Virus record (IMG/VR): IMGVR_UViG_3300027863_001757
Span: 1,412 to 65,411 of that record
DNA: 64,000 bases
Reading direction: 5' to 3' (one strand)
From: a virus
Taxonomy: Duplodnaviria; Caudoviricetes
Below the pieces are notes generated by a model. That model saw only the letters and a program-made list of their open reading frames with translations, was not told where the DNA came from and ran no database searches. Made by a program: the position numbers and the translations under genes. Positions 28,004 to 38,300 of this stretch are shown here, piece by piece. Position 1 is the stretch's first letter. Every line of letters begins with the position of its first letter.

Positions 28004-28397
28004 TGTCCGTCCCCAAGAGCTGCCCCTGGCCTGTCTCTGTGGGCTGATCTTCCGGCTTTGCGTCCGGATTCTCATTTGAAGTAGAAGACTGCTGCTCTTC
28101 CGCCGCCTGGCCCTTGCCTTTCTTCGATTCATCCTTGTTATCCGCGCCCGAAGCGGCAGTCTTGTCTTTAGGCTTCGCCTCCGCCTTTTCTCCCGGCTTG
28201 GAATCCGACTTCACGGCTGCCTTGGTCTCCGGTTTTGCGGACGACGCAACATCCGTGCGGGCAAGCAGTCCATCAGCCACGGCCTTTTCCGCCTGTCTTG
28301 TAAGAGTCTCCAGTTCGACGGACTCACCTGGAGCAAGTTTGAGCCCGGCATCCGCGATGATGAGAATACCTGGGCGAACGTTCTTGATCTTGACCAC
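27990..28397 (-). CDS. Hypothetical protein with Lys/Ala/Glu-rich low-complexity tail
   Basis: VKIKNVRPGILII...LAPGESVEL N-terminal domain; directly after the capsid gene. Confidence 0.7.
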   Translation of the reverse strand: MVKIKNVRPGILIIADAGLKLAPGESVELETLTRQAEKAVADGLLARTDVASSAKPETKAAVKSDSKPGEKAEAKPKDKTAASGADNKDESKKGKGQAAEEQQSSTSNENPDAKPEDQPTETGQGQLLGTDNAAK

Positions 28398-28409
28398 GTG
28401 TGTGCCTCC

Positions 28410-29276
28410 TTAGGCGAGTATCCGAATCTTGGCGAGAATCTCGGGGCGGGTGACGCCCTGGCCGATCTCAGACCACACGAGCCAGCCGGTCTTGAACCGG
28501 GTCTTCTGCTCGATGGCCTCGGTATTGAGCGATTCGCGCACCGGCATCTTGCCGACTTCCTCGTCTGGAACAAGCAGTATCTCGTTCATTTCAGCGGACG
28601 CCGTGAGCAGAATGCCGCCTGTGCCGTAGTTCTTGATGACACCCTTGGTCCGCAGTTCCGCGCGGGTTTCCGGGTCGAGGTCCCAGTCGCGCATGTCATT
28701 GAACCGGCGACCGCGCATGACGATGTACTTGACTGACAGCTCCAGATCCTCGACGATAGAAATCGCCTCGTTCAAGGCGTCGTCCGTGAGCTTGCCGCCC
28801 GTGACCTCGATAGTGTTCGCGGCGGGCACTGAGGCTGAAATGACAGTGATCGTGCGCCTGTCCAGCTCCTTGCGAATCTGGTCGGCGGCTGATGTCTGGA
28901 TGTCCATAAGGGTGCCGATGTTGCCGTTTTTGAGGACCGAGACATCGACCATAGGTGTCGAGTGAATCCTGTGAGTCGGAAACTCTATCTCGTCCTGTCC
29001 GAGTTCCTGCTCGCGGGCTTCGCCCTCATTGCTGATCCAGTAAGCCTTGACCTTGGGCTTCTTCTGATAGATAGGGCGCTCGCCTTTGGGCAGCGTGTGC
29101 TGAGTCAGAAGGAGCGAAGTGATCTCCTTACGCTTTATCTCCTGCTCAATCGGCTCGGCAATTGCCGCCGCCAGCGCGCGCATTCCATCCGGAGATTCCA
29201 AAGCCTCGCTCATCAGGCGGGCCATGGCCTCCATGTATTCCTGGCTGTGAATGTTAACCTGAGTTGTTTCCAACAC
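28410..29276 (-). CDS. Major capsid protein (HK97 fold)
   Basis: 288 aa following protease/scaffold and decoration genes; ADQIRKELDRR..., GWLVWSEIGQGVTRPE C-terminal pattern. Confidence 0.8.
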   Translation of the reverse strand: MLETTQVNIHSQEYMEAMARLMSEALESPDGMRALAAAIAEPIEQEIKRKEITSLLLTQHTLPKGERPIYQKKPKVKAYWISNEGEAREQELGQDEIEFPTHRIHSTPMVDVSVLKNGNIGTLMDIQTSAADQIRKELDRRTITVISASVPAANTIEVTGGKLTDDALNEAISIVEDLELSVKYIVMRGRRFNDMRDWDLDPETRAELRTKGVIKNYGTGGILLTASAEMNEILLVPDEEVGKMPVRESLNTEAIEQKTRFKTGWLVWSEIGQGVTRPEILAKIRILA

Positions 29277-29283
29277 TCCCTCC

Positions 29284-29646
29284 TTATATGAGCAGGCGGA
29301 ACTTCAGTGTCCCGCTTGAAACTGAGATCGCCTTGGCGACGACCACGTCACCCTCAGTGACACCGGCCGTGAGCTTGCCGCTCGTGGAGACCTTGAGTTC
29401 ATCGTTGGCATTGATGGTGCCCTCGAAGACATCAGTCTCGTAAACGCCGCCCATGCAGAAGATGCCGGGCATCTCGCCGTTCTTGTAGTCTTTCACAAGC
29501 ACGCCGAAGCTCTTGACAGCCGGGTTGGTGTTCACGGCGAAGAGATCGTTTCCGACCAGCTTCACGAACTGGCCGCATGAACCCGCGCCCTGCATGTATC
29601 CGTCGCCGTAAGCAAGGCCGCGATGATTGGGATTAAGATATGACAC
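29284..29646 (-). CDS. Capsid decoration/cement protein
   Basis: Small Gly-rich beta protein (GQFVKLVG...GVYETDVFEG.INANDELKVSTSGKL) between scaffold and MCP. Confidence 0.7.
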   Translation of the reverse strand: MSYLNPNHRGLAYGDGYMQGAGSCGQFVKLVGNDLFAVNTNPAVKSFGVLVKDYKNGEMPGIFCMGGVYETDVFEGTINANDELKVSTSGKLTAGVTEGDVVVAKAISVSSGTLKFRLLI

Positions 29647-29664
29647 TGGTTTTCCTCCTACTCT

Positions 29665-29750
29665 GAAAATAGCGCCGCTATTTTCGGTCCCTTCGTGGCG
29701 AACACGACAGCGTTCCCCGGAGGAGAATCGCGACAGTGTTCATGCCACGA
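29665..29750. other. Two intergenic inverted repeats between protease/scaffold and capsid genes
   Basis: GAAAATAGC-gcc-GCTATTTTC (29665-29685) and TCGTGGCGAACAC...GTGTTC-at-GCCACGA (29693-29750). Confidence 0.7.
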
Positions 29751-29754
29751 TTCG

Positions 29755-32700
29755 TTAGTTCTTGTTGCCTGCGCTCTGGCCGACACGCTCCCGGTATGCG
29801 GCCATGAAGCCCGTCTTGAGCTTGTCTTCCAGGCTTGTATTCTTGTCATCCACATCGAGCGGACGTACGCCCGCATCCGTGCGAAGCTGGCGGTCGGCCT
29901 GTGAGGAGCCGGGCTTGTCCTTGTCTTTGCCTTTATCCTCGCCTTCGCCCTTTCCGTCGGTGTCGGATTTCGAGCATTCGGGCTTTGCCTGCACTGCTCT
30001 GTCGTAAGCGGCCTCGGTCGCGGTGAACGCATCGTCGGAAAGCTCCGAAAGGCGGCCCAGTTCCTTTTCACGCTCCTCGTCGGAAGCGAATGTCATCCCA
30101 GCCTTTTCAAGCTTCGCGACAAGTTTCGCGGCACGGGACTTGTTTGCGGCTGCCTTGCTTTCCGCCTCAAGCTCCTGAACCTGTTTTTGAAGCTCCAATA
30201 CCTGGTTCTTGAGGTCTTTGTTTTCCGTCTCAAGCTCCTTTATTCGGGCCTTGTCGTCTGCCGGTGTGCCGCCTCCGCCAGCAGGCGCGTTCTTCTTCGC
30301 AGCTTCTTCACGCTGCTCGTCTGTCTCATGCTCTTTCTTGTCGTCTTCCACTGAGCTGCCTCCTGTGTCTGTGGGGTTGGTTTGCCTTGCCTCCTGTGAG
30401 CCGACCTGCGTAATTCGCGCGTTTTCATCAGCGCCTTTGCGGTCCAGCAGTCCAAGGCCGGTAAATGTAACACCATGTAAAATCTCGAAGACCGGCTTGC
30501 CCTGATAATCGCCTCCCTTGTATTTGCGGAGGTGAATGCAGTAGTCGTTCTTCGACGTCATCGTCTTGCCGCAGATAGAGCACTCCCCAGCCTCGTAATC
30601 ACACTCCATCGAGACCTGGCTGATGATGCCGCGTTTCATGAGCTTGTAAGCAAGCGCGGCGGTAGGGGTATCTTTCACATACAGCTCGCCCACGCACTCG
30701 ACCCGGCCGCCAGTCTCATCCTCAACGAACTCAGCGCCCACGATCCCGCCGACGATGTCGGTGAGATCCTGAGAGTGCTTAAGGTCTATCTTCTTGTTGA
30801 TCGCCGTAGTGTACCGTGCCGCCAACTCGTCGGCTGCGAAGTGGTCGCCGTTCTTATTGGTCCCCGCACGGCACATAATGAAGCTGAACTGTGGGTCACC
30901 CGCGTTTGGGTTGATGTCTATAGCGTCGGCTGAGAGCTGTGTAGACCCGGCAATGCATACCTCGACCGGAATGGACGTGTGACAGTTAGCGGGCAGCGAG
31001 GCGGCCGCAGCACTGGGCGCACCGCTGGATTTTGAGGAGATGAAGAGCAGCTCGCGGCCGGTCTTGCCCTCGCTTCCTTTGCCGAGAACGATGTTGTACT
31101 CCACATCCATTCCCCTGACGCGAACGTTGCCGAGGCGCTGTGAGAAGATATCGCGGATCTCCTTTTCCGTAGGGAACGCCTTGTCGCGGTAGGACATGAG
31201 GACAGTCCCATACTTACCACGAGCCTCAGTCGCAAGGCTCTCGATGAGCGAGCGTATGCTGTCGCGATCATAGTGCGTGCGTGACTGATAGCTCCTGCGG
31301 TTGTCGTCGAGGAGCGTCTTATCGGCCCAGCGGTTCATAAGTCCCTCGACAAAGTGCAGGGAGTACTCATAGTCGTTGTTCGAGAACTGGGTGATGTACG
31401 GTGGGTCGAGGTAAAGCACATCCGCGCCGAACTTGCGCACGGCTTCCACAGCGTCACCGTGGAACGCCTTGCACTCCTGGCCGTTGTCGAATACCAGCTT
31501 ATTGAGCTGGGCCGCGTAGCGTTTGAAGCTCTCGACCATGCTGGAGACCGGCAGGTTCACAAGCTGGTTCTCTTTTACACCGGCGTCTGATTCCAGGTCA
31601 GCCTTGAGATTGAGTTTCGAGCGATGGAACTGACCATATAGGCTTTTGGCTTTCACCGTATTACCGAGCGCGGCAAGCGCAAGGTCTTTCTTGTAACCGG
31701 GCAGCTTCTGGATATTCGCCCACACTTGATCGAGCCACGCGAGCACTTTCTTGGTGTAGTAGTAGCCGTGGAAGTTGTCGACGACGAATGTGCCTGCGTT
31801 CGAGTTCGGCGCGAGGACCTTCTCGATATCCTCGTCAGTCAAGGTCTCGTGCGAGTTTTCAACGACGGCACGGGCGACGTGGTAGGGATAGAGCAGCAGG
31901 TCGTTGGCTATGACCTTCAGGCCCTTGCGCTTGAAATGATACGCTACATTCGCGCCGCCGGAGAACGCGTCGAGGAGGGTCTTCGCGTCCTTCGGAACCT
32001 GCCGCTCTATCCAGCCGAGCATCATGTATTTATTGCCCATGAAGCCCGTAACGCGGACTGGGTCCATTCCTGCCTGACAGGAGAGCAAGTCCACGTCATC
32101 CGCGAGAGGCGCGTCGGCCAGTGCCGCCATGTTCTCCTCGATGCGTAGCTCAGCCTTGGATGCCTCGGGCTCGTGCCGCTTCACCCAATCCTGGGCTTTC
32201 TCCATAGTCCAGCCGTCGGGATTCTTCTCGGTTCCTTCGTCTTTGCTTAGGACATGCTTCTTGGCAAAGCGATACGCCTGCAGGACCATCGCTTTCGGAT
32301 CATGGCCTTCGGGGACCAGCTCTTTCTTCAGCCTGCCGATAATAATTGCGATACCGTCAACGCCGTCAAGGTCTTTGCGCCTGAAGCTATCCGGCTCGAA
32401 CTGCTCGGGATCGCGTACGCGGTAGCGGATCTCGTTTTCGGTCTCGTCCCACTCGGCCTGCGCCTGCATTTGCGAGCATGCTGGACACAGCCCCGCCGAT
32501 TGTTTCAACTTGCCCGACCGAGAGCATACGAACAGGCGCTCAATGGCCTGCGAGTTCTCGGACTGTCGGGAAGATATGTAATAGCGGTGCTGCTGCGAAC
32601 TGATCCGGCTTTCCATGCCGTTTGCTGAGATGATGTCTTTCATCTCGGCTTCGTTCGGATAAGCATGGTCGCGGTACGATATGAGCCAATTCGGAATGTG

Positions 32701-33639
32701 CTTCGCGTTGGCAAGAAACGTCGTGAAGAACTCGCCGGCGTTAGCTTTGGTGACAGTCTTGTGGTCTGTCTCATAATGGTGAGTTTTTGAGTCTCCTACG
32801 AGTGTAAGGCCGTCCCAGTAGGTCATGAGACCTTCGGTGAAGTGGTAAGCCTTCTCATAGTTGGTCGTCGAGAATTCGGTCGCGTAGGGAGGATCAAAGT
32901 AGGCGAGATCGACCTTTGCGTCCGCCAGCACGTCGTTTACATCCTTGCAGATTGCCTTACACTCTTTGCCGTTATCGAAGATGAGCGCGTTGATACGCGC
33001 CACATTGTTTAGGAAGCGCTCTTTGAATTCGTCCGGCGTGTCCTGCCGCTTGCCGTATTCGGTCGAAGAGGAAAAGTGCCCGAAACCGCCCTTGCCTGCA
33101 AGACATGCCTTGCCGAGAGCAAAGAGCGCAATGTCCTTCTTGTAGCCAGAAAGCGCATCGATATTTGCCCGGATGTTGTCGATGATAGTGTGGACACCAT
33201 CGGCGAAAAAGAGGCCCTTGAAGTTGTCCCTAACGAATGTGCCGGCCTTAGGATTGTCGGCTATGAGCGCATCAAGTTCTTCCTGGCTGATCCGGACGGA
33301 GTTATTTTCAATGATAGCCCTGGCGATATGATAGCTGTAGTGGAGTCTGTCGTTGGCAATGACCTTGAGGCCCTTGGTCTTGTACATATACGCCACGACC
33401 GACGAGCCGGAGAACGCGTCGAGGATCGAGCTTATGTCTTCCGGCGTATGCTTCCATATCCAGTCGACAAGCTTCTGCTTTGAACCTATGTAGTTAGTGA
33501 TGTATTTCGGACGCTCATCCGGTGGCAGTTCTTCCGTAACAAGCTCCGCCGCCTGGGCGAGCAGGTCGTCCAGGTGACGTGAAGCGTCTGTCTCAAGAAG
33601 AAAAGCCAGCCGATCAAGATCCGTGGCAAAAAGCTGCAT
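29755..33639 (-). CDS. Fusion: two N6-adenine DNA methyltransferase domains + prohead protease + scaffold coiled coil
   Basis: MTase 1: NYIGSK...DAFSGS...DPPY (32884). MTase 2: FMGNK...DAFSGG...DPPY (31397). Then NKNGDHF...DLKH...VSMEC...CSICG...CIHL...GADENA protease-like domain and an acidic/coiled-coil scaffold. One uninterrupted 1294-codon frame. Confidence 0.88.
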   Translation of the reverse strand: MQLFATDLDRLAFLLETDASRHLDDLLAQAAELVTEELPPDERPKYITNYIGSKQKLVDWIWKHTPEDISSILDAFSGSSVVAYMYKTKGLKVIANDRLHYSYHIARAIIENNSVRISQEELDALIADNPKAGTFVRDNFKGLFFADGVHTIIDNIRANIDALSGYKKDIALFALGKACLAGKGGFGHFSSSTEYGKRQDTPDEFKERFLNNVARINALIFDNGKECKAICKDVNDVLADAKVDLAYFDPPYATEFSTTNYEKAYHFTEGLMTYWDGLTLVGDSKTHHYETDHKTVTKANAGEFFTTFLANAKHIPNWLISYRDHAYPNEAEMKDIISANGMESRISSQQHRYYISSRQSENSQAIERLFVCSRSGKLKQSAGLCPACSQMQAQAEWDETENEIRYRVRDPEQFEPDSFRRKDLDGVDGIAIIIGRLKKELVPEGHDPKAMVLQAYRFAKKHVLSKDEGTEKNPDGWTMEKAQDWVKRHEPEASKAELRIEENMAALADAPLADDVDLLSCQAGMDPVRVTGFMGNKYMMLGWIERQVPKDAKTLLDAFSGGANVAYHFKRKGLKVIANDLLLYPYHVARAVVENSHETLTDEDIEKVLAPNSNAGTFVVDNFHGYYYTKKVLAWLDQVWANIQKLPGYKKDLALAALGNTVKAKSLYGQFHRSKLNLKADLESDAGVKENQLVNLPVSSMVESFKRYAAQLNKLVFDNGQECKAFHGDAVEAVRKFGADVLYLDPPYITQFSNNDYEYSLHFVEGLMNRWADKTLLDDNRRSYQSRTHYDRDSIRSLIESLATEARGKYGTVLMSYRDKAFPTEKEIRDIFSQRLGNVRVRGMDVEYNIVLGKGSEGKTGRELLFISSKSSGAPSAAAASLPANCHTSIPVEVCIAGSTQLSADAIDINPNAGDPQFSFIMCRAGTNKNGDHFAADELAARYTTAINKKIDLKHSQDLTDIVGGIVGAEFVEDETGGRVECVGELYVKDTPTAALAYKLMKRGIISQVSMECDYEAGECSICGKTMTSKNDYCIHLRKYKGGDYQGKPVFEILHGVTFTGLGLLDRKGADENARITQVGSQEARQTNPTDTGGSSVEDDKKEHETDEQREEAAKKNAPAGGGGTPADDKARIKELETENKDLKNQVLELQKQVQELEAESKAAANKSRAAKLVAKLEKAGMTFASDEEREKELGRLSELSDDAFTATEAAYDRAVQAKPECSKSDTDGKGEGEDKGKDKDKPGSSQADRQLRTDAGVRPLDVDDKNTSLEDKLKTGFMAAYRERVGQSAGNKN

Positions 33640-33681
33640 GTATCACTCCGACACTGGGTGGGGCAAAACGAAAGGCCCCCT

Positions 33682-33718
33682 ACTTTGTTATTTACTACCG
33701 GAATCCACAAAGTGTCGG
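33682..33718 (-). promoter_or_regulatory. Conserved 37-bp promoter-like motif, copy 2 (upstream of MTase-protease/capsid/tail operon)
   Basis: CCGACACTT-N12-TAGTAAATAACAAAGT. Confidence 0.75.
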
Positions 33719-33855
33719 AATGATCTTTGAGCGCAGTCCCGTGCTGGGAGCTGTGATTGGAAAGGAGCCGTCTTGCTGGCTTTAGCGATTAGATGGTTTT
33801 CCGTATAATAAGCTCAGAGAATCACTGATAAAACTACACAGGAAGGCTAGAGACA

Positions 33856-34533
33856 ATGAACGCAGCAGAGCATATCGTACAATCGTTCTTCTGGGAAGCC
33901 GATAGCCCGACGAAGAAGCCGCGCGGGCGCAGATACCTTACGATCTCAAACGTGATCGGCGGCGGTAATCGGGAGGTGGACGTGCTCGCCATCTCCGGGG
34001 ACGGCGCGGACAGGATCCGCGTCGAATGTGAGATTGCGGTCAATTGGCCGTTCACTTGCGAGGGAATAGAGGACCGCATCCGCTACAAGATGATCAATGA
34101 CAAGCATTCACGCAAAGCGGTAGAGGACATATTCGGTACCGACGACTACCGCAAGGTCTTTGTCGTCTGGAGCAGTCCCTTTGCCGAAGAACGCAGCCTG
34201 CCTGAAGACCTTCTCATAGAGCAGTGCGAGATGTGGTCGATCCAGGATTTGCTCCGAGACCTGATGTTTAGCATCGGCACCGCCAACTATCAGGATGATG
34301 TGCTGCGGCTGATGTCGATGATGTCGAGCATGCTTTCCCCAAACGCCGCATTGCGCGAGCTTGGCTGCAGCCGTGTATCTGCCGATGTATGCCAGGTAAC
34401 TGCTGCGACCTGCATTGATGCAGTCGCTCAACTCGGCAGGAAAGTCGCGGCTGACTCGGGCCACAAAACGGTATCGGCTCGACACATAAGGACCGCGCTG
34501 AACCAGATAAGTGAGCTCTGCAGAAAATGCTGA
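33856..34533 (+). CDS. PD-(D/E)XK-like nuclease fold fused to C-terminal histone fold
   Basis: REVDVLAI...IRVECE restriction-nuclease-like core; C-terminus LRELGCSRVSAD...AQLGRKVAADSGHKTVSARHIRTAL matches the histone-fold RVS/RKT loops. TATAAT at 33804-33809 upstream. Confidence 0.65.
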   Translation: MNAAEHIVQSFFWEADSPTKKPRGRRYLTISNVIGGGNREVDVLAISGDGADRIRVECEIAVNWPFTCEGIEDRIRYKMINDKHSRKAVEDIFGTDDYRKVFVVWSSPFAEERSLPEDLLIEQCEMWSIQDLLRDLMFSIGTANYQDDVLRLMSMMSSMLSPNAALRELGCSRVSADVCQVTAATCIDAVAQLGRKVAADSGHKTVSARHIRTALNQISELCRKC

Positions 34534-34554
34534 TGCGGAATGGCATGATCTGTA

Positions 34555-34890
34555 CTACCTGCTTGTCATTTGCTGAAGGATCTGTTTCGCGCATTGTTCC
34601 GCTGTGGCGAACATGTCGGTTTCCACTATCTCCCCGCGCATCCCATTATACGGTGACATCGTTGCCTGGTGATATTCGAGAAAGCCCTCAGGCAGCGACT
34701 TGATGTCGTTTTCTACCAACCGATTGATGACCCAGTCGGCGTCTTCAGCGAACTCTTCGTTTCCCGGCAGGTATTCCATCACGATATCAAGCCCAGGCCC
34801 GGGTCCCTGGACCCACACGCCGATTGGCTCGTAGTGCGGATCGATTTCACGGTCACGAACAGCATGCTCTATCATATACCTAAGCCGCAT
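34555..34890 (-). CDS. Small acidic hypothetical protein (second gene after MuF; candidate immunity)
   Basis: Start moved to MRLRYMIEH; overlaps the preceding gene. Confidence 0.65.
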   Translation of the reverse strand: MRLRYMIEHAVRDREIDPHYEPIGVWVQGPGPGLDIVMEYLPGNEEFAEDADWVINRLVENDIKSLPEGFLEYHQATMSPYNGMRGEIVETDMFATAEQCAKQILQQMTSR

Positions 34891-35362
34891 CCCATTCCTC
34901 CGCGATCCGAGTGTGCTCTTCGAGGAGATCGGCGTCGATCTGCTCGAACACAGCCTTGTTTTCAGATTTATATAGCTGCCAGTCTTCCCAGTCGGCAACC
35001 ATCTCGACATCCTGCGTAGGAAACAGCAGCTCTACATGAAACTTACGCCCACGATCATCCATCAAGTCGATAAGATACCCATCCTCTTGGCTCCAATCCA
35101 CGACCTTGATTGTGTGAGCATACTGCCAGCCGTTGTTATAGCCGGCTGACTTGAACAGCAGCCAGAGATCGGTCTTGGTCACACTGCCTACAGCATCAAA
35201 GTGCGGGGCGACGCGGGTGATCATATAGCTGTCTATAAGGCCAAAGCCGAGTGGTTCATCATTGCCTTCTCGCATCTCCATCCAGGAACCCTTTGTGTTG
35301 AACTCGTCAAAGAGTCTCTGCAGCCTCGCCTTTTCGTTTGCGATGAAATCTCTCATGATCAT
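34880..35362 (-). CDS. Acidic hypothetical protein directly after MuF (candidate immunity)
   Basis: 160 aa; ATG overlaps the MuF stop codon. Confidence 0.7.
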   Translation of the reverse strand: MIMRDFIANEKARLQRLFDEFNTKGSWMEMREGNDEPLGFGLIDSYMITRVAPHFDAVGSVTKTDLWLLFKSAGYNNGWQYAHTIKVVDWSQEDGYLIDLMDDRGRKFHVELLFPTQDVEMVADWEDWQLYKSENKAVFEQIDADLLEEHTRIAEEWDAA

Positions 35363-38300
35363 CTGCCTACTATTAGCTCTTCAACCTTGCGACCATCGGG
35401 CAAAGTAGATATGCCATGTTTTTTGAAGACATCCAGCACCTTGCTCTTTTCGGCATTGCTATGCACCACAATGCTATCCAGATTATCCAGGAGCGTGATA
35501 GAGTGTTTGAATATGGTCTCGTTGCTGGAGTTGCGCGAGAAGCTTTTCCACGTTGCCGGGTCGCTTCCACGATTGCTCGATACATAGTCGTCCTTGACCT
35601 TGCCAAAGGCGTCGTGATTGTAACTCACCGCATCCATCCGCCGCAGGAGCCGTTTTTTGTAGTAGAGACCAACATCTGTTGAATAAGCAGTCGGCGATTT
35701 CTTAATGCGGGTGAATACGTAGCTTGCGCCGCCGCTGTTCATATCGGACTCAGGTGACATTCCACCTGGCATGACACCCGCTCTGAGTTTCTCGACAGTA
35801 CTTATCATAGCGCCATTATTCTCAATTACCGTATCAAGAAACTCGCTTATGCTCTCACCGTTCGTGAGATGATGATACAGGCTGTAGCCTTTCATCTGCT
35901 TTTCGATGTCGGCATCTGATATATCGAAGCGATACTGATGCCTGTAACCTCCGGCGATCTTCGCGTCTCTGAAACCAAGCTGATACTCACCGATGGGATC
36001 ATACCCCGGCATTCTAGTGATGTCGGAAACACCCAGACGCTTTTCCCAGAAACCGCGCATTGCCTGGATGCGTTCTGTCTTCGTTGCGTTGCGCCCGTCC
36101 AGACCGGAGATCATGCGAGCATAGTCAGGCTCACGGTCGGCTTTCGTGACATAAGCCTGCTTTGTAAGATACATAATCTCAGCATCTTCGGCGTCGGCTA
36201 TATTTGTTTTCAGGCCGAGCTTTTCAATGTTGCCGAGCGCCCTGTCCAGGCTCTTTGCATCCGGCCTCTCATCAATGATAATCTCGAGTTCTCCGCGCTG
36301 CGCATAGTGGTTCTTCTCTGACCACGGCCGATAGACCGCCCTGACACCATCACCGAAATCCACTTCATACTGCTCCCCATCATTCATAGACCTGCCTCGA
36401 AACATCGAGTTGTTACCAACAGACTCTTTCTCGAGGGAAAGCTCGCCCTTTGTAAGCGTCCGCTTCTCCATAAGAACCTTGGTCTTGCGGACTGCGAAAT
36501 CTACATCCTTACTCTCAACTTTCTTTGGCAGGCTTTTCCGAAGATATGTCTCGAATTTCCCGGCAACGGTTTTTCTTTCCCTGGCGGCTTCCTGTGTTCT
36601 TTCTATCCAGTCGACGTAGGCTGTCGCCATCTCGCGCACATCCGGATCGTCGGATCTGGCAAGTTTCTTCAGCGCAGGAAGATGCTTGTTCAGCTTATCT
36701 ACTTTGGACTTGTTGTAGTTGCCATCCTGCGAATGATAGTTTACGGTCTTCACTGCGAGAAGGATATCATCAGCGAACTCGTCCTCAGCAAGCGGCTCAC
36801 CGACTTTGACGACGCTTACCTGACGACTGGATTTCCTGAGTGCGGGTAGGATTTTGGCTTCAGATTCGGGCCGAAGCTTCATCTTTACAACAGTGCGGGT
36901 CTTGCCTTTCACTGTCTCCGTGAAAACGAGGGCGTTCTGATCTTCAATATCAAATTCGTCTATTGGCAGAGATTTGCCCTGCCAGCCGAGAATGCGAGCC
37001 TCCTCAATAATCTGCTCCTCGGCTTTACCGATACGGACTACTGTTTGCGCTTCTGCGATATCCTCGAACTTGTAACCTTTCTTGCCGAGGATATCGGAGT
37101 AGAATGACTCGAAATCACTGCGCATGTTGTGCTTACGGGCAAGGGCCAGGTCGTAGAATGCCTTTTTCTTCAGTTCGTCGCCAGCGAACCTGCCCTCGAC
37201 GTATGGACGGATCAGGGCGAGGTAATCATCATCAGATATCTTCTCCACCTCGCGGATGTAGCGCAGTGTGACCGATGGATCGACCGTCACCTTGCCCTGC
37301 TTTGCCGCTCTGAAGAGAGTGTTGTAGAACGGCTCGCTCTCGCCGCAGGCTCCGTTGGGGTGGTAGTCGATGGAGAGCTTGTCCGACCCGAGAAACTTGA
37401 AAAGCTGAGCCTTATCGATACCGCAGACCTTGCCGTCTTTGGCCCGAAGGAACTGCTTGGAGTGCCCATCATGGTTGCTGATCAGCCAGTCGATGACATG
37501 CTCGCGCTGAACTTGCGCGATATCATCCGACGAAAGCTCAGTAATGTCGAAGCTGGAGAAGTCGGACTTTGCCGCCAGCCCACCGCGCCACCTCTGAATG
37601 GAACCTGCTCGGCCGTTGAGCTGGATCGTTCTGACTTCCATTGCATCCGGATCTATGAGCCTGCCGATCTTGTAGGCGGCTTCTTCTCCATGCGCGATGA
37701 AATCGTCAGACGACTTGCCGACCGGCTTGAAAAGCCACTTGTCGCCATTCTCGTCGAGCCAGAACTCCTTCTCATGCGCCCCGCCGACTTTGGCCTTGCT
37801 GACGTACTTGAACTTTTCCGGCTTCCCCTTCTCAGCCCACGCCGCATCCGCAGCGTCGAACTCGGAGGTCTTCTTCGCAAATGTGTTCGGCGTCGCGACT
37901 GTGACAGGCTGTGGGCCGACCTGTGGCTCTGATGTGGGGACTGCCTTCGGCTGTGCTGCCTTGCCGGACTTGCCCAGGTGCTTTTCGGCCCACTTTGCAT
38001 GCTTCGCTTCGATGCTCGCCTGCGCGGTAGATACCTTTGCCGGGTCGGTCTCCGTGAACAGGGTAACTAACTCGTCTTTCGACGACCATTGCCAATGCTT
38101 GATCTTCGTCTGCTTTGCAAGGTCCTTCAATTCCCCGGACTTCATCGCCGAAACCTGCTGCTGGAACGTGAGCTTTTTGACCGCGATCTCTGTCGCATGC
38201 TCCTGAAGCACCGACGTCGGCAACCCCGAGTCCTTCGCAAGTTCCGCTTCGGCGGCTTTCACTGAGTCGAGGAACGAGGAATACTGTGATGGAGAAGACG

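Noticed and set aside
29755-33639. Putative protease cleavage sites (AQAAE, AQAE, KAE, SAD) at domain borders of the MTase fusion
   Set aside because: Short Ala-rich matches are too common to support without proteomics.
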